From Candidatus Nanohaloarchaea archaeon (GTDB lineage: Archaea; Nanohalarchaeota; Nanosalinia; Nanosalinales; Nanosalinaceae): a stretch of DNA of 64,000 nucleotides. The position numbers were made by a program, and so were the translations under genes. The notes under the pieces were generated by a model. It did not search any database. It was not told the origin of the DNA and was given only the letters and a program-made list of their open reading frames with translations. Positions 18,890 through 28,414 of the stretch are shown here, piece by piece (within the stretch, counting starts at the first letter, position 1; every line of letters starts with the position of its first letter). Where the stretch lies: the NCBI GenBank assembly GCA_013343275.1, contig CP046106.1, positions 512,001 to 576,000 on the forward strand, read 5' to 3'.

Positions 18890-19528
18890 ATGAACTTGGA
18901 AAAGCAGGATTACGGTGCAGTGATTCTAGGCCTTTTGATGGCTGCTGTAACGGTTTACGGCTGGTTACATCTACCAGATCAGATAGCAGTGCATTTCAAT
19001 GCTTCTGGAGAACCGGATCGAATCACCGATAAATTTCTGGGCCTGATCCTTCTGCCTGTAATGTTTTCCGGCTTCTACGTACTGTTCAAGCTGTTGCCGG
19101 GTATCGATCCGCTGGGAGAAAATATTCAGAAGTTCAAAGGCCAGTACAGAACTGTAATAGTAGCTGTTCTCGGATTCCTGACATATATCCAGGCCATGAT
19201 AGTTTTCTGGAATCTGGGCTACTCTTTCAGCATCAGTCAGGCCCTGGCGCCTGCTATAGCAGTACTTTACTACGTCATGGGAGATGTGATCAGTGAGGCC
19301 CGTCAGAACTGGTTTATCGGCATCAGAACGCCGTGGACTCTCAGCGATGAAGAGGTATGGAACCAGACTCACGAGAGATGCGGGCCTCTGTTCAAGATCG
19401 CTGCCGCGATAACTCTCATCGCGGTAGCTCTTCCGGATTACTTCCTGATACTTGCAGTAGCTCCAGCGCTTGCAGCCTCGCTCTATGCAACTTTCTATTC
19501 CTACAGAGAGTACCGGAGAGAAAATTAG
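18890..19528 (+). CDS. SdpI family immunity-type membrane protein (DUF1648+SdpI)
   Basis: LPDQIAVHFNASGEPD and NWFIGIRTPWTLSDEEVWNQTH. Confidence 0.9.
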   Translation: MNLEKQDYGAVILGLLMAAVTVYGWLHLPDQIAVHFNASGEPDRITDKFLGLILLPVMFSGFYVLFKLLPGIDPLGENIQKFKGQYRTVIVAVLGFLTYIQAMIVFWNLGYSFSISQALAPAIAVLYYVMGDVISEARQNWFIGIRTPWTLSDEEVWNQTHERCGPLFKIAAAITLIAVALPDYFLILAVAPALAASLYATFYSYREYRREN

Positions 19529-19536
19529 AAGTCTGT

Positions 19537-19932
19537 CTATAGATCGTCGATCAAGTTTCCCAGGGCCTCATCGCCGTACTTGTTTTCGTATATCTTCAGG
19601 TAGCCTAGAATCAGGTCTTCAAAGTTCTCGCGGTGTTCTTCCGCGTCCATATCATTTGCGATCTCTTCAAGGCCTTTCTCGGTCAGCCTGAAGTACTTCC
19701 TGTCGCTGTCTTCAAGACCTCTGTCCTTAACTTCTTTCTCATCCAGCTTTTCGAGAAGGCCTTCGTCCTCAAGTCGCTGAATCAATGGGTATATTGTTCC
19801 ATAGCTGGGGCTCCAGTAGCCTTCCGTCACATCTTCTATTCCTGATACAACGCCGTACCCGTAATTTGGGCCGTTCTCGAACTGCTTGAGCACGCTGTAC
19901 CTCAAGATGTGGCTTGGAAGCTTCTTACCCAT
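19537..19932 (-). CDS. PadR family transcriptional regulator
   Basis: YGY..., WSPSYGTIYPLIQRLEDEGL, RKYFRLTEKG; ATG at 19932. Confidence 0.92.
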   Translation of the reverse strand: MGKKLPSHILRYSVLKQFENGPNYGYGVVSGIEDVTEGYWSPSYGTIYPLIQRLEDEGLLEKLDEKEVKDRGLEDSDRKYFRLTEKGLEEIANDMDAEEHRENFEDLILGYLKIYENKYGDEALGNLIDDL

Positions 19933-20026
19933 GAACCTTGTATAGTCTCGAATCTTTTTGTCAGTTACGATTCGAAACATTTCGATTCGATACATGTTTT
20001 TAAATTTTCCAGCAGAATCTTCAACC

Positions 20027-21535
20027 ATGGTTCTCGCTAAAATCACTGATTTAATCAGCAGCAAGTTCAAATCCCAGGAAGAACTCGATCTACTGAACGG
20101 GCCGGTAGGCAAGAACCTTTTCTACCTCTCGCTGCCGGTCATAATGATCAACCTGTTACAGACAGCCTACAACCTGGCAGATACTTTCTGGCTGGGCCAG
20201 TACAGCAACAACGCACTTGAAGCCATCACCTACGCTTTTCCACTGGTCTTCTTCCTGATATCCCTTGGAATGGGCCTTGCAGTAGCAGGCAGCGTCCTGG
20301 TCGCGCAGTACGAAGGATCAGGTAACAAAAAGAAGAGGAATTACGCTGCATCGCAAACCATCGCATTCAGCGCACTGGCCTCCGTTATCATTGGAGGTAT
20401 AGGATACTTCTTCATACCAGACATCGTAGGCCTTCTTGGAGCTTCAGGCCCTGTAGCAGCCTCTGCAGCACAGTACCTGGAAGTTATCTCGCTAGGCCTG
20501 TTCTCGATGTTCGGCTTCCTGGTCTTCCAGTCTCTGATGAGAGGTTATGGAGACACAGTTACGCCTATGCTCCTGATGCTCGGAACGGTCATACTGAACA
20601 TTATAATCGACCCTATCTTCATCTTCGGCTGGGGTCCAGTACCTGAAATGGGTGTAAAAGGTGCTGCTCTTGCAACAGTGCTTGCAAGAACACTTTCACT
20701 AGCTATAGGAGTAGGAATACTGTTTACCGGCCGCAAAGGGATAGAGATCTCGCTCAGCCAGATGCACCCGGACCTGAATTTCTTCAAGAAGATGATGGCG
20801 ATCGGAATACCGGCCTCGGCAGAGGGAACCGGTAGATCTCTTTCTGTCAACGCGCTTGTAGCAGTAGTTGGTACAGTATTTGCAGGATCGGTCGTAGCAG
20901 GCTACGGTATCGCGGTAAGAATATTTTCTATGGTCTTCCTCCCTGCAGCAGCTGTAGGCAGAGGGGTTGAATCCATGACCGGTCAGAATATCGGAGCAGA
21001 GAACTACGATCGTGCAGCAGAGACAGCAAGATTTGGAGCCAAGTGGACCTTCCTTATACTCTCACTGCTCGGCGTAATCACATTTGTATTCGCAAAACCT
21101 ATCTCCTCAGTATTCACCACCGATCCAGAGATTGCAGCAGTCGGCGCCGAGTTCCTACGTTACGTATCATTCAGCTTCGGGTTCATCGGCGTTCTCAGAA
21201 GCTACAACGGAAGTCTCAGAGGCGCAGGAAAGACAGCTACCGCAGCAGTAATCTCTATAGCAACCCTAGGCCTTATCAGGCTTCCAATAGCCTACTTCGG
21301 AGCAATCAACATCGGAACAAGAGGAGTGTGGGCCGCGTTCTTCATCTCCAATGTCGCAGGAGCCGGAATCGCATACCTGTGGTACCAGAGAGGAACCTGG
21401 AGACAGAGAATAACAGAGGAAGAGAAAGCAAAAGGAGAAGTATCAGAGGAGACAGGCGGTACAGGAGGATCTATTACAGAGTCAGTCAGCAAGAAAATTG
21501 CAGGACTAATCCCCGGCCTCTCCAGCAGAAGTTAG
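20027..21535 (+). CDS. MATE family efflux transporter
   Basis: YNLADTFWLG, RGYGDTVTPM, NIIIDPIFIFGW, GQNIGA. Confidence 0.95.
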   Translation: MVLAKITDLISSKFKSQEELDLLNGPVGKNLFYLSLPVIMINLLQTAYNLADTFWLGQYSNNALEAITYAFPLVFFLISLGMGLAVAGSVLVAQYEGSGNKKKRNYAASQTIAFSALASVIIGGIGYFFIPDIVGLLGASGPVAASAAQYLEVISLGLFSMFGFLVFQSLMRGYGDTVTPMLLMLGTVILNIIIDPIFIFGWGPVPEMGVKGAALATVLARTLSLAIGVGILFTGRKGIEISLSQMHPDLNFFKKMMAIGIPASAEGTGRSLSVNALVAVVGTVFAGSVVAGYGIAVRIFSMVFLPAAAVGRGVESMTGQNIGAENYDRAAETARFGAKWTFLILSLLGVITFVFAKPISSVFTTDPEIAAVGAEFLRYVSFSFGFIGVLRSYNGSLRGAGKTATAAVISIATLGLIRLPIAYFGAINIGTRGVWAAFFISNVAGAGIAYLWYQRGTWRQRITEEEKAKGEVSEETGGTGGSITESVSKKIAGLIPGLSSRS

Positions 21536-22104
21536 CCGGAGTCTGAGAACGAACAGCACTGATCGTCCAGAAATGCAGATATAGTATCTTTCATATCCTC
21601 TTTCAACTCTTTCAAGCCTTCTCTATCACCTGAAGCTACTTTCCGGCTTATACTGCCTTCGATCATTGAGAGAAATATTTCTGCAGCTACTTCAGAATTT
21701 TCCGCACCGGCCTCACTCATTATCTCCGATACGTTTTCGAGAAAAATCCTGTCTGCTTCCTGGAATTTTTCCTGAAACTTTTCGTTGTGCTGGGCCTGGA
21801 CACGTAGCTCCTGGAAGGCCTTCTGGAACTCCCACTGCTCCTCACTTTCAATCCCCAGAGCTTTATCCAGTATTCCATCAATCCTGGCCTCCGGAGAATC
21901 GTTTTCATACTCAAAATCCGCCTTCTCCATCAGAAAGTCCAGGAAGGAAAGCATCAGATCCCCTTTATCATCAAAATGGTAATAGATCAGGGATTTGCCT
22001 TTATCCGACTCATCCGCAATCTTCTGAATAGAGAGATCTGCGTAGCCGTGCTTGCATAAGGCCTTGAATGTAGCATCCATGATCTCTTCTTTTGAGTCGC
22101 TCAT
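21532..22104 (-). CDS. TetR/AcrR family regulator
   Basis: EIMDATFKALCKHGYADLSIQKIADESDKGKSLIYYHF. Confidence 0.95.
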   Translation of the reverse strand: MSDSKEEIMDATFKALCKHGYADLSIQKIADESDKGKSLIYYHFDDKGDLMLSFLDFLMEKADFEYENDSPEARIDGILDKALGIESEEQWEFQKAFQELRVQAQHNEKFQEKFQEADRIFLENVSEIMSEAGAENSEVAAEIFLSMIEGSISRKVASGDREGLKELKEDMKDTISAFLDDQCCSFSDSG

Positions 22105-22122
22105 CTCTATCTTTCCACGGTG

Positions 22123-22140
22123 ACTGAATGTTCGTTCAGT
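22123..22140. promoter_or_regulatory. Putative TetR operator
   Basis: ACTGAA-tgttcg-TTCAGT palindrome in the divergent tetR/RND intergenic region, followed by IR TTTCTTAAG...CTTAAGAAA. Confidence 0.65.
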
Positions 22141-22175
22141 TTCTTAAGTCTACGGATCTTAAGAAATGAATAGTG

Positions 22176-23279
22176 ATGGAAAACCCTCTGAATCTGCTGG
22201 CCAGAGCGCATCTCGAGCATACCGACAAGATTATCGCGTTCTGCCTGTTACTGACAGTTATACTTTCCCTCGGGCTCCCTCAGATCCAGTTACAGACCAA
22301 TTTCCAGGAAAGCCTACCTGACAGCCTCCCTCCGATAAAGGCCCAGGAGAAGGTTGAGGCCAACTTCGGCAGCAGTAACTCTATTATAGTGCTTTTCCAG
22401 ACGAACGAGAAGAAGCTGGAGGAGAATTTCGTGACCGATGTCCGTGATCCACGTATGATCCGGACTCTGAACTTTCTGGAGCAGGAGCTGCAGAACGAAC
22501 CGTCTATTGCCTCGGTTAACTCGATGGCCTCGCTTTTCGAGGAGAACCCTGACTTGAAGAAGGAAGTGAAGAGAGTTCTTTCTCAGACCGAGGCCAGTTT
22601 CACGAACCGGGACTATACTGCGACCACGATGTTTATCCAGCTCAGCAACGATATGACAGAGGAAAACGTGCGTGAGGCCACTCGGACAATCAGGGAGAAC
22701 ATAGAGCAGTCGCCCAGATATCCGGGAATAAGTATCCAGATAACAGGGACGCCAGTCATGAGGAACGTGCTGTCAGATGTACTGATAACAGATACTGTTA
22801 CAATTATTGCAGTGGCCTCAGCACTGATATGGGTGCTGCTAGCTGCGGTAAGAGGGCCTGTATACGGAACTGCTACTTTTGCACCTCTCTTCATAGGCCT
22901 TCTGTGGGCGCTGGGCGCAATGGGGCTTCTGGGGATACCTATGACGATCGCCACTATCGCGATTGGATCGATGCTGCTGGGTCTCGGAGTCGAGTACGGT
23001 TCCTTCATATCAGAGAGGATCGTGGAGGAAACCAGCGAGCAGGGACTGGAGGACGGAATAATGACCGCCGTACCGAACACCGGTAAGGCGGTCCTCGGTT
23101 CCTCAACTACCGATCTTGTAGGCTTCCTGGCATTGCTGCTGGCCTCGATCTCCTTCATGAGGGATCTGGGGCTGACACTTGCACTGGGAGAGGGATTGAC
23201 ACTGGCCGCAGCGCTCCTTCTGACACCAGCCCTTATCGTAAAATACGAGAGATGGAAACAGGAAGGTGACGGAGAATGA
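22176..23279 (+). CDS. RND/MMPL family transporter, half-size subunit 1
   Basis: TM, extracellular loop, then 5 TM; ITGTP, GLGVEYG, SSTTD.VGF. Confidence 0.85.
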   Translation: MENPLNLLARAHLEHTDKIIAFCLLLTVILSLGLPQIQLQTNFQESLPDSLPPIKAQEKVEANFGSSNSIIVLFQTNEKKLEENFVTDVRDPRMIRTLNFLEQELQNEPSIASVNSMASLFEENPDLKKEVKRVLSQTEASFTNRDYTATTMFIQLSNDMTEENVREATRTIRENIEQSPRYPGISIQITGTPVMRNVLSDVLITDTVTIIAVASALIWVLLAAVRGPVYGTATFAPLFIGLLWALGAMGLLGIPMTIATIAIGSMLLGLGVEYGSFISERIVEETSEQGLEDGIMTAVPNTGKAVLGSSTTDLVGFLALLLASISFMRDLGLTLALGEGLTLAAALLLTPALIVKYERWKQEGDGE

Positions 23280-24475
23280 ACGGAAAAGTAGATAGAGCAC
23301 TTGAAAAATACTCCGATACTATCGAAAGCAGGCCTCTAACAGTTCTTGCAGTAGCAGTCATGGCAACCGCTGTACTGGCCTCCGGAGCTTCCAAAGTTCA
23401 GACAGAGCAGATGAGTCAGGAAGACCTGCTGCCGGATTCAATGCCTACCATGGAGGCCTTCAGCGTGATAAGCTCCGAGTTCTCGACAGCTTCAGGAACC
23501 AGTTACACAATACTTATTGAGACCGCACCACAGTACCCTAACTCGACAGAGATAAGAGATCTCCGGCAACCGGAGGCCCTGAGATTTATGAAGGCTGTCT
23601 CCGATGATCTAAGCTCCAGAGATAAGATCAGTTCAGTATCCGGGCCTTCAGATCTGTTCCGAGGAAGTATTCCGTCCAGCAAGACCAGGGTTGACCAGGC
23701 CTTCAGAACTCTGGGCGAAGCGAGATGGAGCAACTACGTCTCCAGCGACTACACTGCAGCAATTATGCGTGTGGATACTGTTGAGATGTCGACATCTGAG
23801 CAGATGCAGCTGGCAAATCAGATAAGACAGACCGTCAGATCACACGAGAAACCTGCAGGTCTGGATATAAGCTATACAGGTCAGCCATTTATCGACAAGG
23901 CCTTCCAGCAGCAGACGCAGAAAACTATGAGTATAACAGGAGCTGCGGCCCTCCTGGGAGTGATTCTGGTAGTGGTTCTTCTTTTCCGGTCGCTTTTCTA
24001 CGGATTTACCTCTCTGCTCACACTGGTATTTGGAGTCACAGCAGGTTTCGGTATCTTCGGCTGGCTGGGCCTTAATATGAGTCCTGCAACATCCGGTGCA
24101 ATCACAATGGGTATCGGAGTCGCGATAGACTTCGGAATCCAGCCAATATCACGGTACATAGAGGAAAGAGAGAACTTTGGGATAGAGAAATCTCTGGAGG
24201 AAACTATCAAAGGCATTGTAACACCGATGACAGTGGGCCTCATCGCTGCAAACATCGGTTTCCTGTCGCTCAACGTTGGCAGAGTTACATTCCTCTCAGA
24301 TCTTGGAACATTGCTTACATTGACGACTACAATGGCCTACGTTGCGGCATTCACAGTTATTCCTTCCTCGCTCGTAATTTACGATCGCTACTTCACCAGA
24401 AACGGGACTTCAGGCTTTACTTTATCTAAAATTACCGGAAATTCGGAAAACAGTACTAAAGGTGAATCACAATAA
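23276..24475 (+). CDS. RND/MMPL family transporter, half-size subunit 2
   Basis: YTGQP, GIGVAIDFG, RYIEER, IGFLSL. Confidence 0.85.
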   Translation: MNGKVDRALEKYSDTIESRPLTVLAVAVMATAVLASGASKVQTEQMSQEDLLPDSMPTMEAFSVISSEFSTASGTSYTILIETAPQYPNSTEIRDLRQPEALRFMKAVSDDLSSRDKISSVSGPSDLFRGSIPSSKTRVDQAFRTLGEARWSNYVSSDYTAAIMRVDTVEMSTSEQMQLANQIRQTVRSHEKPAGLDISYTGQPFIDKAFQQQTQKTMSITGAAALLGVILVVVLLFRSLFYGFTSLLTLVFGVTAGFGIFGWLGLNMSPATSGAITMGIGVAIDFGIQPISRYIEERENFGIEKSLEETIKGIVTPMTVGLIAANIGFLSLNVGRVTFLSDLGTLLTLTTTMAYVAAFTVIPSSLVIYDRYFTRNGTSGFTLSKITGNSENSTKGESQ

Positions 24476-24476
24476 A

Positions 24477-25676
24477 ATGAAAACGAAAGCACTAGCTTTA
24501 ATCACGGCTGCTGCGCTTCTCATGGGCGGAGCTGCAGCACAGACTCAAGACAGCCCACAACTCAATGCAATTCTGATTAACACAGATCCTGCTCCTGTAC
24601 AGTCAGGAGAAGACGCAGAGATAACTTTCAAGATACGGAACAGCGGCGGCGCTACTGCTGAAGACGTAGAGGTTGGATTAGTTGACTCCTTCCCTTTCCA
24701 GCTTAAACCAGACAGGAAGAGGACCTACAGCATCGGAGATATAGGGCCTAGCGATGGAATACAGCTTCCGACGTACGAGGTCCTTGTAGCGGAGAATGCT
24801 CCGGACGGCTCGAACAAGCTGAAGCTGCGGATTTCCCGGGGAGATCTTTCCTACACCGAGACGATCCCTATCCAGGTGCAGAGCCAGGATATAGAGCTTA
24901 ATCTGGCCAATCTGCAGACAGTTCCAACGCAGCTGACACCAGGAACGGAGAACGCAAAAATGGTTGTGGAAGTAGTTAACAACGGTGAGAAAACCGCTGA
25001 AAACGTGGTAGTTGATGTAGGCCTTCCTGAAAGCTTCCAGAAGACCTCCAGCTTCTCTACCCGGCAGGCAATCGGAAATCTGGGTCCTGGACAGGTGAAG
25101 AAGGCGGAGTTCACGTTCGATATACAGAAAACGGCAGAGAAAGGAACTGTAAGGATCCCTACAAACATCACCTACACGACAGGAGAATCAAACAACAGGA
25201 TAACGGAGAGCGCCAACTTCAGATTCCACCTGGCCGGCAAACCACAGTTCAAGGTAGTGGATGTAGAAAGCAACTTGAAGACTGGTGGTACAGGTCAGCT
25301 AAGGATTACAGTGAAGAACACTGGTTCAGAACAGGCCTCTTCAAGCCGTATCAGGGTTCTGGACTCATCTGATCTTCCTTTCAGCTATGATTCTGCAAGC
25401 CATTACATTGGGACACTTGAGCCAGACCAGAATGGGACTGTTGTGTTCGATGTTACAGCAGGGCCAGATGCTGTGGCGAAGAACTACCTGCTTGACTTCG
25501 AGATCCGGGGCGTCAAAGACACCCAGACATATGTAGAGAGCACGACAGTCAAAGTCGACATCGCAGAAGGAGACAGAGATTCAGGCCTTCCTCTCCCGAT
25601 TATAGCAGCTGCACTACTAGCAGCCGCCGGCGCATACATCTTCCGGGAGAAAATTGCAGAGACCCTCAGCAGGTAA
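24477..25676 (+). CDS. COG1361-type secreted S-layer-domain/Ig-like protein with C-terminal anchor
   Basis: Signal peptide, three repeats of NxG...A..V / IGxLxPG, C-terminal TM helix. Confidence 0.82.
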   Translation: MKTKALALITAAALLMGGAAAQTQDSPQLNAILINTDPAPVQSGEDAEITFKIRNSGGATAEDVEVGLVDSFPFQLKPDRKRTYSIGDIGPSDGIQLPTYEVLVAENAPDGSNKLKLRISRGDLSYTETIPIQVQSQDIELNLANLQTVPTQLTPGTENAKMVVEVVNNGEKTAENVVVDVGLPESFQKTSSFSTRQAIGNLGPGQVKKAEFTFDIQKTAEKGTVRIPTNITYTTGESNNRITESANFRFHLAGKPQFKVVDVESNLKTGGTGQLRITVKNTGSEQASSSRIRVLDSSDLPFSYDSASHYIGTLEPDQNGTVVFDVTAGPDAVAKNYLLDFEIRGVKDTQTYVESTTVKVDIAEGDRDSGLPLPIIAAALLAAAGAYIFREKIAETLSR

Positions 25677-25755
25677 AAACCCAGGCCTCTATTTCCCTTT
25701 TTTCTTCAAATTTTTCTGGCTGCATCTAAAAAGATTCGCGGCGTAAAAACCAAGT

Positions 25756-26940
25756 ATGAACCCGGAGAAAATCAGGAAGGACTTCCCAATTTTCCAGGAA
25801 AGATCTGAACTCAGCTATCTTGACAATGCTGCAACCACGCAGAAACCAGAGGTAGTGACGCAGACGGTAAAGAATTTCTACGAGAAGAAGAACGCCAATG
25901 TTGGGCGAGGACTCTACGATCTCTCCCATGAGGCAACTGAGGCATACAGAGAGGCCCGTATAAAGGTCGCGGACTTCATAAATGCGTCAACGCCTGACGA
26001 AATAGTTTTCGTACGGAACACAACTGAGGCCTACAACCTTGTAGCCGAATCACTCGACTTCATGGGAGACATAGTTGTGGGAGAGATGGCACACCACAGC
26101 GAGCAGCTGCCTCTGAGAAAGAACGCGAACAGACACGGTAAAGAGGTGAAATACATAGAAACAGAAAACGGAAAGCTAAGTGTGGAATCCGCAGAGAAGC
26201 TTATAGACCATGAGACAGGCCTTGTATCTATATCTCACATGTCGAACGTGTTCGGAGCAGAGAACCCGGTAGATGAGATAATCGAGATCGCCAAGGCCCA
26301 CAATGCTATCGTTCTCCTGGACGGCGCCCAGTCAGTACCAAGAATGCCTGTAGACGTAAAGGAGCTGGACGTAGATCTCATGGCTTTCTCAGGACATAAA
26401 ATGCTTGGCCCAACCGGTATCGGCGTACTGTACGGTAAGAAACATGTGCTTGAAAGCATGGAGCCATACCAGGTAGGGGGAGGAATGATCAAGTCAGTAA
26501 GCAAGGAGTCCGCAAGCTGGGAGGACCCTCCAGAAAAATTCGAGGCTGGAACCCCGAACGTGGCAGGCGCAGTAGGCCTCGGTGCTGCGGTAGACTACCT
26601 CAATCAGCTGGACATGGAAGAGGTAAAGCAGCATGACATCGAATTAACCAGTAAAATGATTGAAGGCCTGGAAGAGATTGAAGGTATCGAGGTTCTTTCT
26701 CCTGAAGGATCAAGCCTGGTATCTTTCACAGCTGACTGGGCGCATCCGCATGACGTCGCAGAGGTTTTGAACCAGCATGAAGTCGCTGTGAGGGCCGGCC
26801 ACCACTGCGCACAGCCGCAGATGGAGGAACTTGACATCAATGGCAGTACCCGGGCATCACCATACATCTACAATACGGAAGAAGACGTGGAAAAATTCCT
26901 GGAAGGCGTTAAAGAAGCTAGAGAGGTCTTCAAGAGGTAG
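25756..26940 (+). CDS. sufS: Cysteine desulfurase SufS
   Basis: YLDNAATTQKP, FSGHKM, EAGTP, RAGHHCA. Confidence 0.96.
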   Translation: MNPEKIRKDFPIFQERSELSYLDNAATTQKPEVVTQTVKNFYEKKNANVGRGLYDLSHEATEAYREARIKVADFINASTPDEIVFVRNTTEAYNLVAESLDFMGDIVVGEMAHHSEQLPLRKNANRHGKEVKYIETENGKLSVESAEKLIDHETGLVSISHMSNVFGAENPVDEIIEIAKAHNAIVLLDGAQSVPRMPVDVKELDVDLMAFSGHKMLGPTGIGVLYGKKHVLESMEPYQVGGGMIKSVSKESASWEDPPEKFEAGTPNVAGAVGLGAAVDYLNQLDMEEVKQHDIELTSKMIEGLEEIEGIEVLSPEGSSLVSFTADWAHPHDVAEVLNQHEVAVRAGHHCAQPQMEELDINGSTRASPYIYNTEEDVEKFLEGVKEAREVFKR

Positions 26941-26947
26941 CCAGATA

Positions 26948-27298
26948 ATGTACAGAGAAGAAATCTTAGACCACTACAAGAGGCCGCGTAACGAAGGCTC
27001 TCTGGAGACAGAGTACGAGGCCGAAGGAGATAATTCCAGCTGCGGCGATCATACCCATGTCTACCTGGATGTAGAGTACGGAGAAGTCAAGGATATGAAG
27101 CATGAGACCGATGGCTGCGCGATCTGTACTTCCGCCACCTCAATTCTATCCGAGGAAATAAGCGGGATGAGCATTGAAGAAGTCGAACAGCTTGACAGAG
27201 ACTGGATGATTGATACTCTCGATATAGAGGTATCTCCTATGAGAGTAAAATGCGCAATGCTGGGCCTGAAAACAGCTCAGAAAGCGCTTGAAAAGTAA
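26948..27298 (+). CDS. sufU: SufU/IscU-type scaffold
   Basis: YREEILDHYKRPRN, CGD, GCAIC, RVKCA; ATG at 26948. Confidence 0.9.
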   Translation: MYREEILDHYKRPRNEGSLETEYEAEGDNSSCGDHTHVYLDVEYGEVKDMKHETDGCAICTSATSILSEEISGMSIEEVEQLDRDWMIDTLDIEVSPMRVKCAMLGLKTAQKALEK

Positions 27299-27301
27299 AA
27301 A

Positions 27302-27556
27302 TTATTTCTCTACGGCCAGCACGTATCTCTCGCCGCCGTCAACAACACTACTACTGCGGGCCTTCAGCTCCCGACCCAGATCATGGAACTCATCGGCAAT
27401 ATCATCTTCTGCTTCCAGCTCAAGATATACGAAGTCTTCATCCTCAAATATTCTGTCCTGCAGATCGTAGTCACTCCACATACTATCGTACTCTATGGCT
27501 TCTTCAACAATTTTCTCTTTACTACCTGCTTCTTCAGCGTATTCGTTTGTAAGCAC
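27302..27556 (-). CDS. Small acidic hypothetical protein (start uncertain)
   Basis: Acidic ORF; GAGGAG SD precedes GTG at 27556. Confidence 0.55.
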   Translation of the reverse strand: MLTNEYAEEAGSKEKIVEEAIEYDSMWSDYDLQDRIFEDEDFVYLELEAEDDIADEFHDLGRELKARSSSVVDGGERYVLAVEK

Positions 27557-27637
27557 AAAATTTCTCCTCGAGAAATATGTGATGGCAGGCAAATTACTTA
27601 TATGGATAGGCTGGAGGAGGATCGGCCTTAAGAAATT

Positions 27638-27651
27638 TTAGGCCTACCTAA
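27638..27651. promoter_or_regulatory. DtxR/SirR-like operator before sufC
   Basis: TTAGG-CCTA-CCTAA, 5 nt before the ATG. Confidence 0.7.
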
Positions 27652-27656
27652 TCTGT

Positions 27657-28412
27657 ATGAGTCTAGAAGTCAAAAATTTGGAAGTATCTGTAGAGGAAGA
27701 AGAAATTGTCAGAGGAGTATCCCTGGAGATAGAGCCAGGAGAAATCCACGCGATCATGGGGCCTAACGGCTCAGGAAAGTCTACTCTATGTAAATCCCTG
27801 ATGGGTAACCCTACATACTCCATTGATGGAGGAGAAATCCTGGTTGATGGAGAAGATGTAACCGATGAGGAAACAGATGAGAGAGCACGTGAAGGCCTTT
27901 TCCTCGGATTCCAGTACCCGGCAGAGATATCAGGTATCTCCGTCGCAGAGTTCCTGAAAGAAGCAATCGACGCCCGCAGAGAGGAAGAAGGTAAAGACGC
28001 AATGCCTCAGAGCGAGTTCAATGAGCTTCTCCGTGAAAAGCTGGATCTCCTGGACATGGACGAAGAGTATGCTCGCCGATACCTGAACGAAGGATTTTCC
28101 GGTGGGGAGAAGAAGCGGAATGAGATCCTGCAGATGGCAGTGCTCGAGCCGAAGTACGCAATCCTTGACGAGATCGATTCAGGCCTCGATATCGACGCGC
28201 TGAAGGTAGTTGCGAAAGGTATCAACAAGCTAGCGGATGAGGACCAGGGCATCCTGATGATCACACACTACCAGAGAATCCTTGACTACGTCGAACCCGA
28301 CAGAGTTCACGTCATGGTCGACGGAAAAATAGTCGAATCAGGCGGAGCAGAACTAGCCGAGAAACTTGAAGAAGAGGGCTACGACTGGGCTAAAGAGCAA
28401 ATGGAAGAATAG
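27657..28412 (+). CDS. sufC: Fe-S assembly ATPase SufC
   Basis: GPNGSGKST, FQYPAEI, GFSGGEKKRNEILQ, DEIDSGLD, ITHYQRIL. Confidence 0.97.
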   Translation: MSLEVKNLEVSVEEEEIVRGVSLEIEPGEIHAIMGPNGSGKSTLCKSLMGNPTYSIDGGEILVDGEDVTDEETDERAREGLFLGFQYPAEISGISVAEFLKEAIDARREEEGKDAMPQSEFNELLREKLDLLDMDEEYARRYLNEGFSGGEKKRNEILQMAVLEPKYAILDEIDSGLDIDALKVVAKGINKLADEDQGILMITHYQRILDYVEPDRVHVMVDGKIVESGGAELAEKLEEEGYDWAKEQMEE

Positions 28413-28414
28413 TT

